This document shows positions 9,973-19,946 of a DNA stretch of 64,000 bases, piece by piece. Under the pieces are notes generated by a model. The model saw only the letters and a program-made list of their open reading frames with translations, made no database searches and had not been told where the DNA came from. The first letter of the stretch is position 1, and each line of letters starts with the position of its first letter. The stretch comes from a virus (lineage: Duplodnaviria; Heunggongvirae; Uroviricota; Caudoviricetes): the IMG/VR virus record IMGVR_UViG_3300042445_002023; one strand, given 5' to 3'. The position numbers were made by a program, and so were the translations under genes.

Positions 9973-12582
9973 ATGCCAACAATATTAGAATTATTTAAAG
10001 GTTCGAATAAAGATATAACTCCAAAAATATTGGACTTAACTCCCGTGCAAGAATTATTTGCAGGTTCTACACAAGAAAAAAGTGTAAAACCAGATAAACT
10101 AACTTTAATAGAACAAGAACTTAGTGGTATTCGTATAAAAACTAAGGTAGAATTAAATAATCCATTAATATATGGTAACGAAGCAATTCGTATAGCAACT
10201 CGTAGTACATCATCGGTTGAGAAAATGAAACAGGCAACGGGTGGAAGTGCAGGAGATGGTGGATTGATTGGTAAAGGATTAGGTGCAATTACCGGTGGTA
10301 AGTTTGGTAAATTTGTTTTTGGTGGTAAAGTAACATCCCTAAACCAAGCAAGAGATGGTATAAATTCTCGTTTAGGTATTCCACAAAATGTGATACCAAC
10401 TTATGTAAATAATACAGGAGAATTACAAGCAGGATTAGAGCCAGATACAATGATTACTCTTTCAAAAATCAAAAATGATGCAAAGGGTACAATCGTTGGT
10501 AGATTCTTAAAGAATACTGGTGGTGGTAATCCAAAAACAATTGGCAAACAAATAATAGGACAAGGTATCTCATTAGTAAAAGATAAATTGAGAACTACCC
10601 TATTTGGTAATCCAAACTCATTAGGTACTAATACTGCAGGTGCAACTGATAAATACGAATATAGTTCAAAACTACCATATTCAAAACAAATTGATAATGT
10701 TAAATTTAATTCAAAATCAGTAAGTAAAGTAGATAAAGCTGCAACTGATATTACCAAAAAAGTAACTCAATTACAACTTGATGCTAAGAAAAAATTAGGA
10801 GAGGCATCTGCAAATGCAACTGCATCTCTAAAACAAAAATTAAAAAAGACTGCAGACCCATCTGCACTTGACAAACTTATAGAGGAAAAAGCTAAAGAAA
10901 GAGCTGATAATTCTAGACCATATAATGAAAAATATAGTTCATATATAACATCAAATAGTACAGAAACTAATTTAAGAATGCCAACTGCTGAATCTACCGA
11001 TACTGCAGTAAAAGATTCTGCAGAAATTGGTAAGGCTAAAGAAAAGTTAGGAAAAAGTGCTACATCAATAAAAGATAAATTAAAAGGTACTGAATCAAAA
11101 CCAGAAATAGATAAAGCAGTTGAAGCAAAAACTAAAACAACTACTGCAACTCCAACCACTTATAGTGGAAAATTAGGTGATTATACAAACGAAAAAGTAA
11201 GTGAACGTATTGATTTGAAATTAGTATCACCGGTATATGGAATTGATAGAAGAGGTACAAATGGTGTATTTGGTACATCACCCTATGCATTTAAAGATAT
11301 AAAAAATAATACTGGTGCTGTTATGCCTAATGACCCAACTAATACATATAGTGGAGTAGCAGGAGGCCAAAAAATTACTACAATAGAAACGCAATATGGA
11401 ATTACAAGTAATAATGGTGATTTAATTAATAGTTCGTATGGAGTAAGTGGTATTGGTAATGGCGATGATAAAGATTTGGTAACATTTTCAATAGCAGGTG
11501 TAAGTGATTCTAAAAAAGTATATTTTAGAACCCTAATAACAAGTTTAAGTGAAACTGTTTCACCAACTTGGGATTCTGCTAAATTTGTCGGTAATCCATA
11601 TAGTTACTACACATATGGTGGAGTAGAAAGAACCTTATCATTGCAATTAAAAATGTATTGTATGAATTCTAATGAATTATCAACAATGTGGCAACGAATT
11701 CAATTTTTAACAGGTAAAGCATATCCAACTATTGATAAGAGTAATTTAGTAAATCCACCATTTATTGAATTTACATTGGGTAATATGTATCAACGAAAAA
11801 CTGCATTTATAAACTCTCTTTCGTACACATTCCCTGATGATGGTACATGGGAAACTGTAAATGGTAATCAATTACCAAAAATAGTTGAAGTCCAAATGGA
11901 ATTTAAATTTGTTGAAAATGTTGGTTCAGAACTTAAACTTTATGGAACTCCAATTTCTAAAGAGGCGGTTAAAGTAATTAATAAGAGAAAGGCTGAACAA
12001 TCTGGTAATACAAATACTGTAAGTCAAGAACCAAAAACCGGTGGTACTTCAGTAATTACAAAAACAAATACAATCCAAGTAGTTCAACCAACAACACCAC
12101 CACCGCCAATTAATAGTGTGGGGGTAGCACAAACTGAACCACCAAAGACAGAATCAACAAGTGGCGGTATGTTAGGGATGGATTCAACTCCAAAATCATT
12201 AGATACAGGACAGCCGGCAGAAACACCAAAAGAAAGTATTGACCCTGCTTTATTGGCTGCAATTATTAAAAAATCGGAAACCAGGGCAGAAGAACTTCGA
12301 AAAGAGGCGTATACAAACTATAAAGATGAACTTGGTATACCAGATTTGATAGCTGCTAGAATGGCCGATGAGATAGCATTAGGTAGTAAAATTAGTGATG
12401 GTAGTATTGAAAAAGCAACTGAAACTGCATATTACGCACCGGTAACCTATAAAGGACAAACATCAAGTAGAGATATGTGTTTCTTTATAAATAAAGCCGG
12501 AGTTGCCGTAGCAATGAGATACAATACGTGGTTCAGAATGGTTAATAACGGAGTTAACCCACTTAAAGAGCAAGGAATCTAA
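9973..12582 (+). CDS. tail or baseplate structural protein (869 aa), possibly hub-like
   Basis: Large ORF next to the tape measure; K-rich low-complexity centre; no catalytic motif recognised. Confidence 0.45.
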   Translation: MPTILELFKGSNKDITPKILDLTPVQELFAGSTQEKSVKPDKLTLIEQELSGIRIKTKVELNNPLIYGNEAIRIATRSTSSVEKMKQATGGSAGDGGLIGKGLGAITGGKFGKFVFGGKVTSLNQARDGINSRLGIPQNVIPTYVNNTGELQAGLEPDTMITLSKIKNDAKGTIVGRFLKNTGGGNPKTIGKQIIGQGISLVKDKLRTTLFGNPNSLGTNTAGATDKYEYSSKLPYSKQIDNVKFNSKSVSKVDKAATDITKKVTQLQLDAKKKLGEASANATASLKQKLKKTADPSALDKLIEEKAKERADNSRPYNEKYSSYITSNSTETNLRMPTAESTDTAVKDSAEIGKAKEKLGKSATSIKDKLKGTESKPEIDKAVEAKTKTTTATPTTYSGKLGDYTNEKVSERIDLKLVSPVYGIDRRGTNGVFGTSPYAFKDIKNNTGAVMPNDPTNTYSGVAGGQKITTIETQYGITSNNGDLINSSYGVSGIGNGDDKDLVTFSIAGVSDSKKVYFRTLITSLSETVSPTWDSAKFVGNPYSYYTYGGVERTLSLQLKMYCMNSNELSTMWQRIQFLTGKAYPTIDKSNLVNPPFIEFTLGNMYQRKTAFINSLSYTFPDDGTWETVNGNQLPKIVEVQMEFKFVENVGSELKLYGTPISKEAVKVINKRKAEQSGNTNTVSQEPKTGGTSVITKTNTIQVVQPTTPPPPINSVGVAQTEPPKTESTSGGMLGMDSTPKSLDTGQPAETPKESIDPALLAAIIKKSETRAEELRKEAYTNYKDELGIPDLIAARMADEIALGSKISDGSIEKATETAYYAPVTYKGQTSSRDMCFFINKAGVAVAMRYNTWFRMVNNGVNPLKEQGI

Positions 12583-12627
12583 CCCACCTTAATATAGTAA
12601 ACTATCCGGTGAAAAATAAATTAAATT

Positions 12628-12915
12628 ATGTCAAGATATACAAATAATAAAATACAAAAACTCAAAGATGGTAGGGAAGTCTTCAGAACAAAGATATATC
12701 CAAATATACCATTACGAGATACTGATATTTACGCAGTGACCCAGACGGGTGACCGATTGGATACACTTGCACATCAGTTTTACGGAGATGCATCCTTATG
12801 GTGGATTATAGCAACTGCTAACAATATCCACGATGCACCATTCGCAGTAAACGATGGAACAATACTAAGAATACCAGAAAATTATTTAGAAATTTCAAAT
12901 AGTTTTTCAAAATAA
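12628..12915 (+). CDS. LysM-like baseplate protein, resembling tail protein X
   Basis: LysM-like segment GDRLDTLAHQFYGDASLWWIIATANNI...NDGTILRIP. Confidence 0.5.
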   Translation: MSRYTNNKIQKLKDGREVFRTKIYPNIPLRDTDIYAVTQTGDRLDTLAHQFYGDASLWWIIATANNIHDAPFAVNDGTILRIPENYLEISNSFSK

Positions 12916-12922
12916 ATAAATT

Positions 12923-15430
12923 ATGCCAGGTTCATTTCCAAATTTATCAAATATATATCCTGAATTAGAAACTACTCTAAAAAATAGAGCAGGTAACAAT
13001 AACCCGTGGAATGTAAAAGCAAATCCCGGTGTTAGTGGTCTATCTACTTGGATTAGATTATTAGCTGGGGTGGCACCAAATGGGTGTATATTAGAATCAA
13101 TAAATCCAAACGCTACTGATTTCACATCGGTATATGGTTCAAATGGTGGTTCTTACATCGGCCCTGGTGCTATCGGTAGAAATTTTAGTGGTGATGAAAT
13201 ATGGATACCATCTGGTAGAAGTAGAGCACTTAGACCACCACCTATTATAACATCTATGACTATGGATGAAAAAGCTGAAGGTGGTAGTCGATTAGCAACT
13301 ATTAAAATTCGTGCATTTACAAAAGAACAATCTGATTTATTAGCCGGATATTTTTTAGAACCGGGATTTCATGCCTTATGTGAGTGGGGTTGGAATACTC
13401 AAAAATCAAATGCACAAAAAGTTGGAGGCGGTGGAAAGGTAACAAATTGTGATTTAGTTGCATACGACCAATGGTCTACAATTAAAGAAAAAAGAATTAA
13501 ATCTGATTTTACTTATGATGCATTTTTAGGTATTGTAACTGGCGGTGGAATTTCATTTGGAGATAATGAAAGTTATGAATTGGAAGTAAAATTAACATCA
13601 GTTGGTAATGTAGCTGAATATATGCAAACGCATAGAGATGCTAATAACACAAATGAAAATAAAAAAGATAGTGGAAAGACTTTTTCACCACAACAAATTG
13701 AAACACAGGTAGGTGATAAAAAAATAGGTGCCGCACTTTTTATGCAAATGTTTAATCAACTTCCTGGACAAAAAAGGACACCTAAAGTTTATAATTTATG
13801 GAACAATCCACAATGGTCAGATACTGCTAATTTTGTAAACATAGATAAAGTAGTTGGGGAAACTTTAAAAGATGCATTATCAGAGGCAGGTGAATTAAAA
13901 TCATCTTCTGGCGCAGAAGTGGCTATACCCAAAGATTTACCGCTATTATCAGAAGAAAAATTTATTAGATTTGAATTGGCATGTGAAATAATGAATAGTT
14001 ATGTATATGATTTAAAAAGTAAACCAAGTTCATGTGGTAGTTATAAAACTCGTAGTAAACTAATTAATATTAAAAATACTTATATTAGTGGATTTCCACA
14101 TATGTTTTCGACTGACCCTACAAAATTATTTATACCAAATCCAACTACTCCAAATTTTAAATTTTTAGATGCACTATCCGCGGATAAAGAAATAAAAACT
14201 TATTTTGAGTTTGATGCGTTAGATGATTCCAAAAATTTTTCAAATATACACCCTTTAGCAGAACTAACATCATACCCCTGGCTACAACACGTAGATTCAA
14301 GAATAGACCCATCAGATGGTAAGAGTAGGTTAGTTCCATATGCATTTCCAAATACAAGGGGAATAAGTGCAAAATCTCAAGCAGATTCTACATTTATAGC
14401 AGTACAAGAAAAAGCTAGATTTTGGGGATACTTAAAAGATTTATATATAAATTTTAATTTTTTCGTAGAATGTATAAGTAAACCAAATTTTGTAGTTAGA
14501 GATGTTTTTTATGAAATGTTAAATGGTATGTCATCTGCATGTAATTCAATTTGGAAATTTCAAATACAAGAAGTACCTGAACCAACTCCAGATGGTAAAT
14601 ATGAATTAGCAGTAGTTGATTTAAATTTTTTAGGTGATATCTCAAATAATAGTGGTATTGTAACATTTCAATCTAGAGGAGTTAAATCGCCATTTATTAG
14701 TTGTGATTTTTCAGTAGAAGTTCCTGCCGCAATGATGTCATCGGTTGTGAATAATAAATTAAAAGATGATAAGGGTCATACATATGACCATAGTCCTGAA
14801 TTAAATCCCCGTCCGGCTTTAGGAACTGTATTTTCTAGAAGACAAGATTTTGTTGGTACTATCCTAGCAGGAATACAACAAGCAGAAAAGGAAGAAGAAG
14901 AAGGACCACCTGATACATCAAATAACCCACCAAAACGAAAAAGTGCAGATGAATTAGAATTAGAGGCTAAGGTAGCAAATTTTGAATTTTTTGTAAAAAC
15001 AGGTGCAGTATATCCTAAAATTCAAGATAGAGAGGCAAAACTAGATATAACTAAAACCTTTTTTGATAGTGCAGCTAACGATAACACAATTGAAAATGTA
15101 TTAATGGTAGGTTCATGGAATGACACATCAGCCCTAAGACAATGTTTTTTAGTTGATAAGGGTTTAGCCGTTAGTCAAACTTTACAAACGAAAGCTGCTA
15201 ATAATACACAAAATCCACCATTTGGTGTTGCTGATTTTGATTTCAAAGTACATGGTGTAAGTGGATTTAAAGTGGGCGACCAATTTCAAGTAGATGGATT
15301 ACCTGATAAATTCGGTCAACCAAATGTATTTCAAGTAGTGAAAGTAGACCACACATTAGATGGTATGACATGGACAACGGATGTTAAATCTAAATTAAGA
15401 ATAGTAGGTAAAGAAAGTAAACCTAAATAA
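12923..15430 (+). CDS. baseplate or tail structural protein (835 aa)
   Basis: Large ORF in the tail module; no specific motif. Confidence 0.45.
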   Translation: MPGSFPNLSNIYPELETTLKNRAGNNNPWNVKANPGVSGLSTWIRLLAGVAPNGCILESINPNATDFTSVYGSNGGSYIGPGAIGRNFSGDEIWIPSGRSRALRPPPIITSMTMDEKAEGGSRLATIKIRAFTKEQSDLLAGYFLEPGFHALCEWGWNTQKSNAQKVGGGGKVTNCDLVAYDQWSTIKEKRIKSDFTYDAFLGIVTGGGISFGDNESYELEVKLTSVGNVAEYMQTHRDANNTNENKKDSGKTFSPQQIETQVGDKKIGAALFMQMFNQLPGQKRTPKVYNLWNNPQWSDTANFVNIDKVVGETLKDALSEAGELKSSSGAEVAIPKDLPLLSEEKFIRFELACEIMNSYVYDLKSKPSSCGSYKTRSKLINIKNTYISGFPHMFSTDPTKLFIPNPTTPNFKFLDALSADKEIKTYFEFDALDDSKNFSNIHPLAELTSYPWLQHVDSRIDPSDGKSRLVPYAFPNTRGISAKSQADSTFIAVQEKARFWGYLKDLYINFNFFVECISKPNFVVRDVFYEMLNGMSSACNSIWKFQIQEVPEPTPDGKYELAVVDLNFLGDISNNSGIVTFQSRGVKSPFISCDFSVEVPAAMMSSVVNNKLKDDKGHTYDHSPELNPRPALGTVFSRRQDFVGTILAGIQQAEKEEEEGPPDTSNNPPKRKSADELELEAKVANFEFFVKTGAVYPKIQDREAKLDITKTFFDSAANDNTIENVLMVGSWNDTSALRQCFLVDKGLAVSQTLQTKAANNTQNPPFGVADFDFKVHGVSGFKVGDQFQVDGLPDKFGQPNVFQVVKVDHTLDGMTWTTDVKSKLRIVGKESKPK

Positions 15431-15432
15431 CA

Positions 15433-15822
15433 ATGAGTATATTAGATTCATATAATAAGTTGATAAACCCAACAACATCATTACCAAATGATTCATTTGA
15501 TACCTATATTCCTACGCCATCTAAATTAGATTATACTCGTGGATATATCAGTAGATATTTTATAAAAAAAGTAAATGATGTGAATTCACCTATATTTGAA
15601 ATCAATGGAAAAACATATTTAAGATTTCAAACAAACCCCTTATTCAGTCGTTGTTCTTTGAAATGGAGAATATCTGGCCCAAAGGAAACTCAATATAGAG
15701 AAAATGGTGATGTATTTGATGTAAGTGTAAGTGAATCAAATAGAAGGGCAATAAAATTGGTATATGAAAAAATACCTACCTTAAAATTATACCTACCAAA
15801 TTTATTACAATTTTATAAGTGA
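15433..15822 (+). CDS. hypothetical protein (129 aa), probably structural
   Basis: Tightly coupled to the upstream baseplate gene. Confidence 0.45.
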   Translation: MSILDSYNKLINPTTSLPNDSFDTYIPTPSKLDYTRGYISRYFIKKVNDVNSPIFEINGKTYLRFQTNPLFSRCSLKWRISGPKETQYRENGDVFDVSVSESNRRAIKLVYEKIPTLKLYLPNLLQFYK

Positions 15823-15858
15823 TAACAATCATAAAAAAATAATTATCGTTTTTACAAA

Positions 15859-15885
15859 TTATATATATTTATATAAAACACAAAA
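15859..15885 (+). promoter_or_regulatory. late-type promoter-like motif: TTATATATATTTATATAAAACACAAAA
   Basis: Same family; precedes the PhyH-like dioxygenase gene. Confidence 0.45.
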
Positions 15886-15888
15886 GTT

Positions 15889-16665
15889 ATGCAAAAATAC
15901 AAACACCTTACAACGGAAGAACTTCAACAAATGTCATTTGATTGGAGATACCGAGGCTTCACAGTTTTGGAATTATTAACCGAAGCAGAAGTAGATGAAA
16001 TCAACGAAGAATTAGACCGTTTACGTGTAGAACGTAATGAAAAAGAACCAGGAAAATGGCAAGAGTTCGAACCCATTATGTATCCACATAGAGAATCAGA
16101 AAAAATAGCTAAATTATTTTCACATCCAAAAATTTTAGAAGCAGCAGAATTCCTAATGGAAGGTGGAGTTGTTGGATTACAAACTTGGGGTTATTACAAA
16201 CCAAAGGGCGAATTGGGTAGAGACCAACATCAAAATGCATTCTATACTGGTTGTGGACACAATGAAATTATCAACACTGCATTGGCATTAGATAATCACG
16301 ACCCTGAAAATGGTGCAGTATGGAACTATGAAGGTTCACATAGATTACCGGTTTTACCAATCGAAGATAACGAAGAAAGAAAAGCAACAAATACCGATAA
16401 CTGGAGAAGTGAGAGAGGTAAAAGTTGTGTAATGCCAGAAGGGCATGATTTCCGTAAGATAGAAGGGTATTTGAAAAAAGGACAAGTTGCACTTTTACAC
16501 TCACATGTAGTACATGGGTCAGAACCAAATAAAGACCCTAATAGAATGAGAAGAAATTTCTTAGGTGGTTATCTTAAAGAAGGTGCATATTTTCATGCTG
16601 GAAATCAAATGAAAAGAGAGGCAATTGATATGTACGAATTAAGACAAAAGTATTGGGGTGAATAA
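15889..16665 (+). CDS. 2-oxoglutarate/Fe(II)-dependent dioxygenase, PhyH-like
   Basis: HxD motif (DNHDPENGAVWNYEGSH) and a distal His (HSHVVHGSEPN) are consistent with the phytanoyl-CoA dioxygenase fold; late-type motif lies upstream. Confidence 0.5.
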   Translation: MQKYKHLTTEELQQMSFDWRYRGFTVLELLTEAEVDEINEELDRLRVERNEKEPGKWQEFEPIMYPHRESEKIAKLFSHPKILEAAEFLMEGGVVGLQTWGYYKPKGELGRDQHQNAFYTGCGHNEIINTALALDNHDPENGAVWNYEGSHRLPVLPIEDNEERKATNTDNWRSERGKSCVMPEGHDFRKIEGYLKKGQVALLHSHVVHGSEPNKDPNRMRRNFLGGYLKEGAYFHAGNQMKREAIDMYELRQKYWGE

Positions 16666-17389
16666 ATACAAACATTTATATATTTTTGGGTGTTCTCATT
16701 CGTTAAATACCAATTCTATTGACCCTAATTGCAAATCATATGTAGATTTGTTAGCGGATAAGTTAAATATATCAGCTAAAAATGTATACAACTATTCAAT
16801 AAATGGTAGTTCAAACATTGAAAATTTATATTATTTAAATTGTATAAATTCTAAATTAGAATTTCCGCATCCTAATAATGATAAGCAAATAGAACTATAT
16901 GGAGATAGATTACCTCGTGAAATATATGATGATTCACTAATAATTTTTCAATTAACCTATTGGAATAGAATAGCATTTCAGCATTCAATTTTAAAAAAAA
17001 ATGACCTGAATTCAATTGTTCCGTTTTCACCTCATAGAAACTTTAATGAAGAATATCCATATTACGATGCGGAGTTAACTACCTTTTGTAATATATTCAA
17101 TAAAAAATTATCAAATGAAATATTTTTACAACGAAATTCTATTTTATCAACATACTATACTTTAAAAGGTATTGATGATAAAAAAAATAATATATCAACA
17201 TTATTATTATCATGGGATAAATTAATGGGTGATAATATTAGGAAATATATTGAACCGGCTTTAACAAATTTACGAGAATTAACCATAAATAAAGGGTGGA
17301 CTTGTGATTCTGAATTAAATAATGGAGATTGGCATCTTTCACCCAATGGAAATAAGGAGTTTTCAGAGTATATATACCTACAAATATAA
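16658..17389 (+). CDS. hypothetical protein, possibly an SGNH/GDSL-like hydrolase
   Basis: N-terminal IFGCSHS resembles GDSL block I; the assignment is weak. Confidence 0.35.
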   Translation: MNKYKHLYIFGCSHSLNTNSIDPNCKSYVDLLADKLNISAKNVYNYSINGSSNIENLYYLNCINSKLEFPHPNNDKQIELYGDRLPREIYDDSLIIFQLTYWNRIAFQHSILKKNDLNSIVPFSPHRNFNEEYPYYDAELTTFCNIFNKKLSNEIFLQRNSILSTYYTLKGIDDKKNNISTLLLSWDKLMGDNIRKYIEPALTNLRELTINKGWTCDSELNNGDWHLSPNGNKEFSEYIYLQI

Positions 17390-17412
17390 CCAATTGATTA
17401 CCAACATATTAT

Positions 17413-17442
17413 AACTCATTGAAAATCAATGAGTTATTTTTT
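17413..17442 (+). terminator. rho-independent terminator: AACTCATTG-aaaat-CAATGAGTT followed by ATTTTTTG
   Basis: 9-bp perfect stem plus T-run, seen in the sequence; closes the structural module. Confidence 0.7.
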
Positions 17443-17518
17443 GTCTAAAAATAAATGAAAAATAAGCGGTAAAATATTTGGAAATGTGGAAAATAATGTG
17501 TAGTTTAGCTGTATAAGA

Positions 17519-17911
17519 TTGAGAGATAATAAACCTTTAAAATATAAAATTATGAGCCTACCATTTAACCTTAATTCCGTTCTCGCTACCGCCTCCTTAA
17601 TCGAAGGGTTCGATGTAGTTAGAAACGCTTTCCCTGTTGAGGGTCGTTTTACTAAAAGAGTAATTACTTACTCCGATGCAGTGTATGAAGCCCTAAATGA
17701 TGTGGCTGAAGATTATCAAGATTGGCCGGAAGACCAGGGGTTTGGTTCATCTGATATGACTTATGTTCGTAAATCATTCGTTGATTCAATGATTGATATG
17801 GCTAACCTTAGAGGTTATTACGAAACAAAGTTTCAACCCTACCTTAAAGTGGCAGAGTATTCAGAGATTGAAAAGGAAGAGTACGATTTGCGTAGAGAAC
17901 AAGGATTGTAA
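17519..17911 (+). CDS. hypothetical protein
   Basis: ORF only; the true start may be the internal Met at about 17552. Confidence 0.4.
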   Translation: MRDNKPLKYKIMSLPFNLNSVLATASLIEGFDVVRNAFPVEGRFTKRVITYSDAVYEALNDVAEDYQDWPEDQGFGSSDMTYVRKSFVDSMIDMANLRGYYETKFQPYLKVAEYSEIEKEEYDLRREQGL

Positions 17912-17939
17912 TATTATTAAAATTTAAAATATAAACGTT

Positions 17940-18161
17940 ATGATGAATAGAATTGATATTAATGTATTAAAGAAAATTGAAGAGGTGTTTGGTTATTTTG
18001 ATATTGACCAGGCTTTTGGTTCAAATGAGGTGTATCTTCGATTTGGATATTGGAATAGAGTTGATGTGAAAAAGTTACAGGAAATAGTAGGTCAATCGGT
18101 TGAAGAAAAGGATGATTATGATGAGGATTGTGGATATCAATTTTGTTATTCATTAAAATAA
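17940..18161 (+). CDS. hypothetical protein (73 aa)
   Basis: ORF only. Confidence 0.35.
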   Translation: MMNRIDINVLKKIEEVFGYFDIDQAFGSNEVYLRFGYWNRVDVKKLQEIVGQSVEEKDDYDEDCGYQFCYSLK

Positions 18162-18225
18162 ATTTGGAAATCTCAGCTATTCTTCGTATATTAGCTTTGT
18201 AATAAATGATTAAACTATAAACAAT

Positions 18226-18597
18226 ATGAACTCTTCTATTTTTGACAACACCCCCGCTGGTCAATTTATTGATGTGACCGTTTCCCTTAATGGTAAGGTT
18301 AAGACCCGAAATCTTAAATTATGTAAGGTTAAATCCCGCTCAGTTCTCTTTATTTTAGTTGATAAAGAAAATAGGGTAAATACCTTCTTTAAGGTAAAAT
18401 ATGGTGATATAAAGGATTTTTTACCGGCAGTTCATTTACTTCGAATGAAGGATGGTACATTACCTGATAAATGGGAATCGCCGTGGGATACTATCGGTCA
18501 ACCATCTAATTCAGTTCAAAGTTTGGGTAGATTTGCTCAAGCATCAAAACCCTTTCGTTCAACAACAAATTCCGTAGCTGGATTTTCAATGGTATAA
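18226..18597 (+). CDS. hypothetical protein (123 aa)
   Basis: ORF only. Confidence 0.4.
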   Translation: MNSSIFDNTPAGQFIDVTVSLNGKVKTRNLKLCKVKSRSVLFILVDKENRVNTFFKVKYGDIKDFLPAVHLLRMKDGTLPDKWESPWDTIGQPSNSVQSLGRFAQASKPFRSTTNSVAGFSMV

Positions 18598-18599
18598 TT

Positions 18600-18947
18600 A
18601 TGAAAATAGAATCACTTTTACCACCAGTATCGTTTCAATCTATTATATCAGGTCAATGGTATATTGTAACGACTGACCCGAAATTGGGTTGGGTGGAGGT
18701 AGATAGAAAATATGAATGGAGTGAGTTAGAAAAGATGTGGACTAAACGACAGTTTACAAATGATATAAAATCAGTAGTAATACTACCAAAAATAGTAAAA
18801 AAACAAACTTTCTCAGTTGAAGGTAGTAAAGGTAAGATTTATGAGGTGGTAAGTGAGAATGGTAGATGGACATGTAGTTGTCCGGCACATGGATTTGGTA
18901 GAGGTAAGGATTGTAAACATATAATAAATTTAAAACTTAAAAATTAA
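18600..18947 (+). CDS. SWIM zinc-finger protein
   Basis: CxCx(n)CxH motif: WTCSCPAHGFGRGKDCKHI. Confidence 0.5.
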   Translation: MKIESLLPPVSFQSIISGQWYIVTTDPKLGWVEVDRKYEWSELEKMWTKRQFTNDIKSVVILPKIVKKQTFSVEGSKGKIYEVVSENGRWTCSCPAHGFGRGKDCKHIINLKLKN

Positions 18948-18951
18948 AACA

Positions 18952-19167
18952 ATGATAAAAAGTAAAAAAGAAAACAAAGGTATTGAGATTGACCTTACAG
19001 GTCCACAAGGTAATGTATTTTTCTTAATCGGAACTGCCGGTAATCTAGCCAAACAATTGGGATTAGATGCTGCAGCAATCAAAAAAGAAATGATGAGTAG
19101 TGATTATGAAAACGCAGTAAATGTGTTTGATAAAAACTTCGGTTCGTTTGTAACATTATATAGATAA
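18952..19167 (+). CDS. hypothetical protein (71 aa)
   Basis: ORF only. Confidence 0.35.
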   Translation: MIKSKKENKGIEIDLTGPQGNVFFLIGTAGNLAKQLGLDAAAIKKEMMSSDYENAVNVFDKNFGSFVTLYR

Positions 19168-19185
19168 AATTTAAAATATAAAATT

Positions 19186-19671
19186 ATGGGAGTAGATGTA
19201 TCGGGCAGAAAGCCCAAAATAGAAACAGGTGATTATTTCGGTGCTAATTGGTGGGGATGGAGACCAATCCAAGCACTTTCTGAAACTGCAATCGAATTAA
19301 AGGGATTGGGGTTTGATACCACAAATTGGGGTTCAAATGATGGTAAAGGTTTAAAGAATCAACGTGAGTGTAATAAGTTAGCAGATGCAATAGAATTATT
19401 GATATCTGAAAAATATGGTGAACATCTTACGGAAGATGAAGACCGATTATATGTTTGTATGGGTATGTGGTGTGAAGCAGGTACGGGTAAATTTATACCA
19501 AACGAAGTTACCGAAGGATTGGATGACCAATACGAATATGGTGATATTCTATTTACCTCAGTTGTAGCATTAGATGGGTCATTAGTTGAACCATCACATA
19601 GTGTATCGTTAGGTAGATTAAAAGAATGGATTAACTTTCTTCGCAATTGTGGAGGATTTCAAATATGGTAA
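19186..19671 (+). CDS. hypothetical protein (161 aa)
   Basis: ORF only. Confidence 0.4.
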   Translation: MGVDVSGRKPKIETGDYFGANWWGWRPIQALSETAIELKGLGFDTTNWGSNDGKGLKNQRECNKLADAIELLISEKYGEHLTEDEDRLYVCMGMWCEAGTGKFIPNEVTEGLDDQYEYGDILFTSVVALDGSLVEPSHSVSLGRLKEWINFLRNCGGFQIW

Positions 19672-19684
19672 ATAAATAAAATAA

Positions 19685-19945
19685 ATGGATAAAATTAAAA
19701 AGTACAAAAAACAAATCTTCACTTTCATAACAATATGGTTGTTATTACAATTTGGAGTGTATCCTAGTCTAACAATGGCAGATACTTTCGCTAATATAGT
19801 AGGTGGTATTGCCCTTTTACTATTACTTATTTGGGGTGGTTTAGCATTATATGATTGGGTTTGGAGTCCTGATGAATCAGTAGACGAAGTTAAACCAATT
19901 GAACCTACAAATGTAAAACCAAAACGTAAACCTAAAACAAAATAA
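19685..19945 (+). CDS. small membrane protein, possible NfeD-like partner of the SPFH protein
   Basis: Two hydrophobic helices (FTFITIWLLLQFGVY and IVGGIALLLLLIWGGLALY); stop overlaps the start of the SPFH gene. Confidence 0.4.
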   Translation: MDKIKKYKKQIFTFITIWLLLQFGVYPSLTMADTFANIVGGIALLLLLIWGGLALYDWVWSPDESVDEVKPIEPTNVKPKRKPKTK

Positions 19946-19946
19946 T

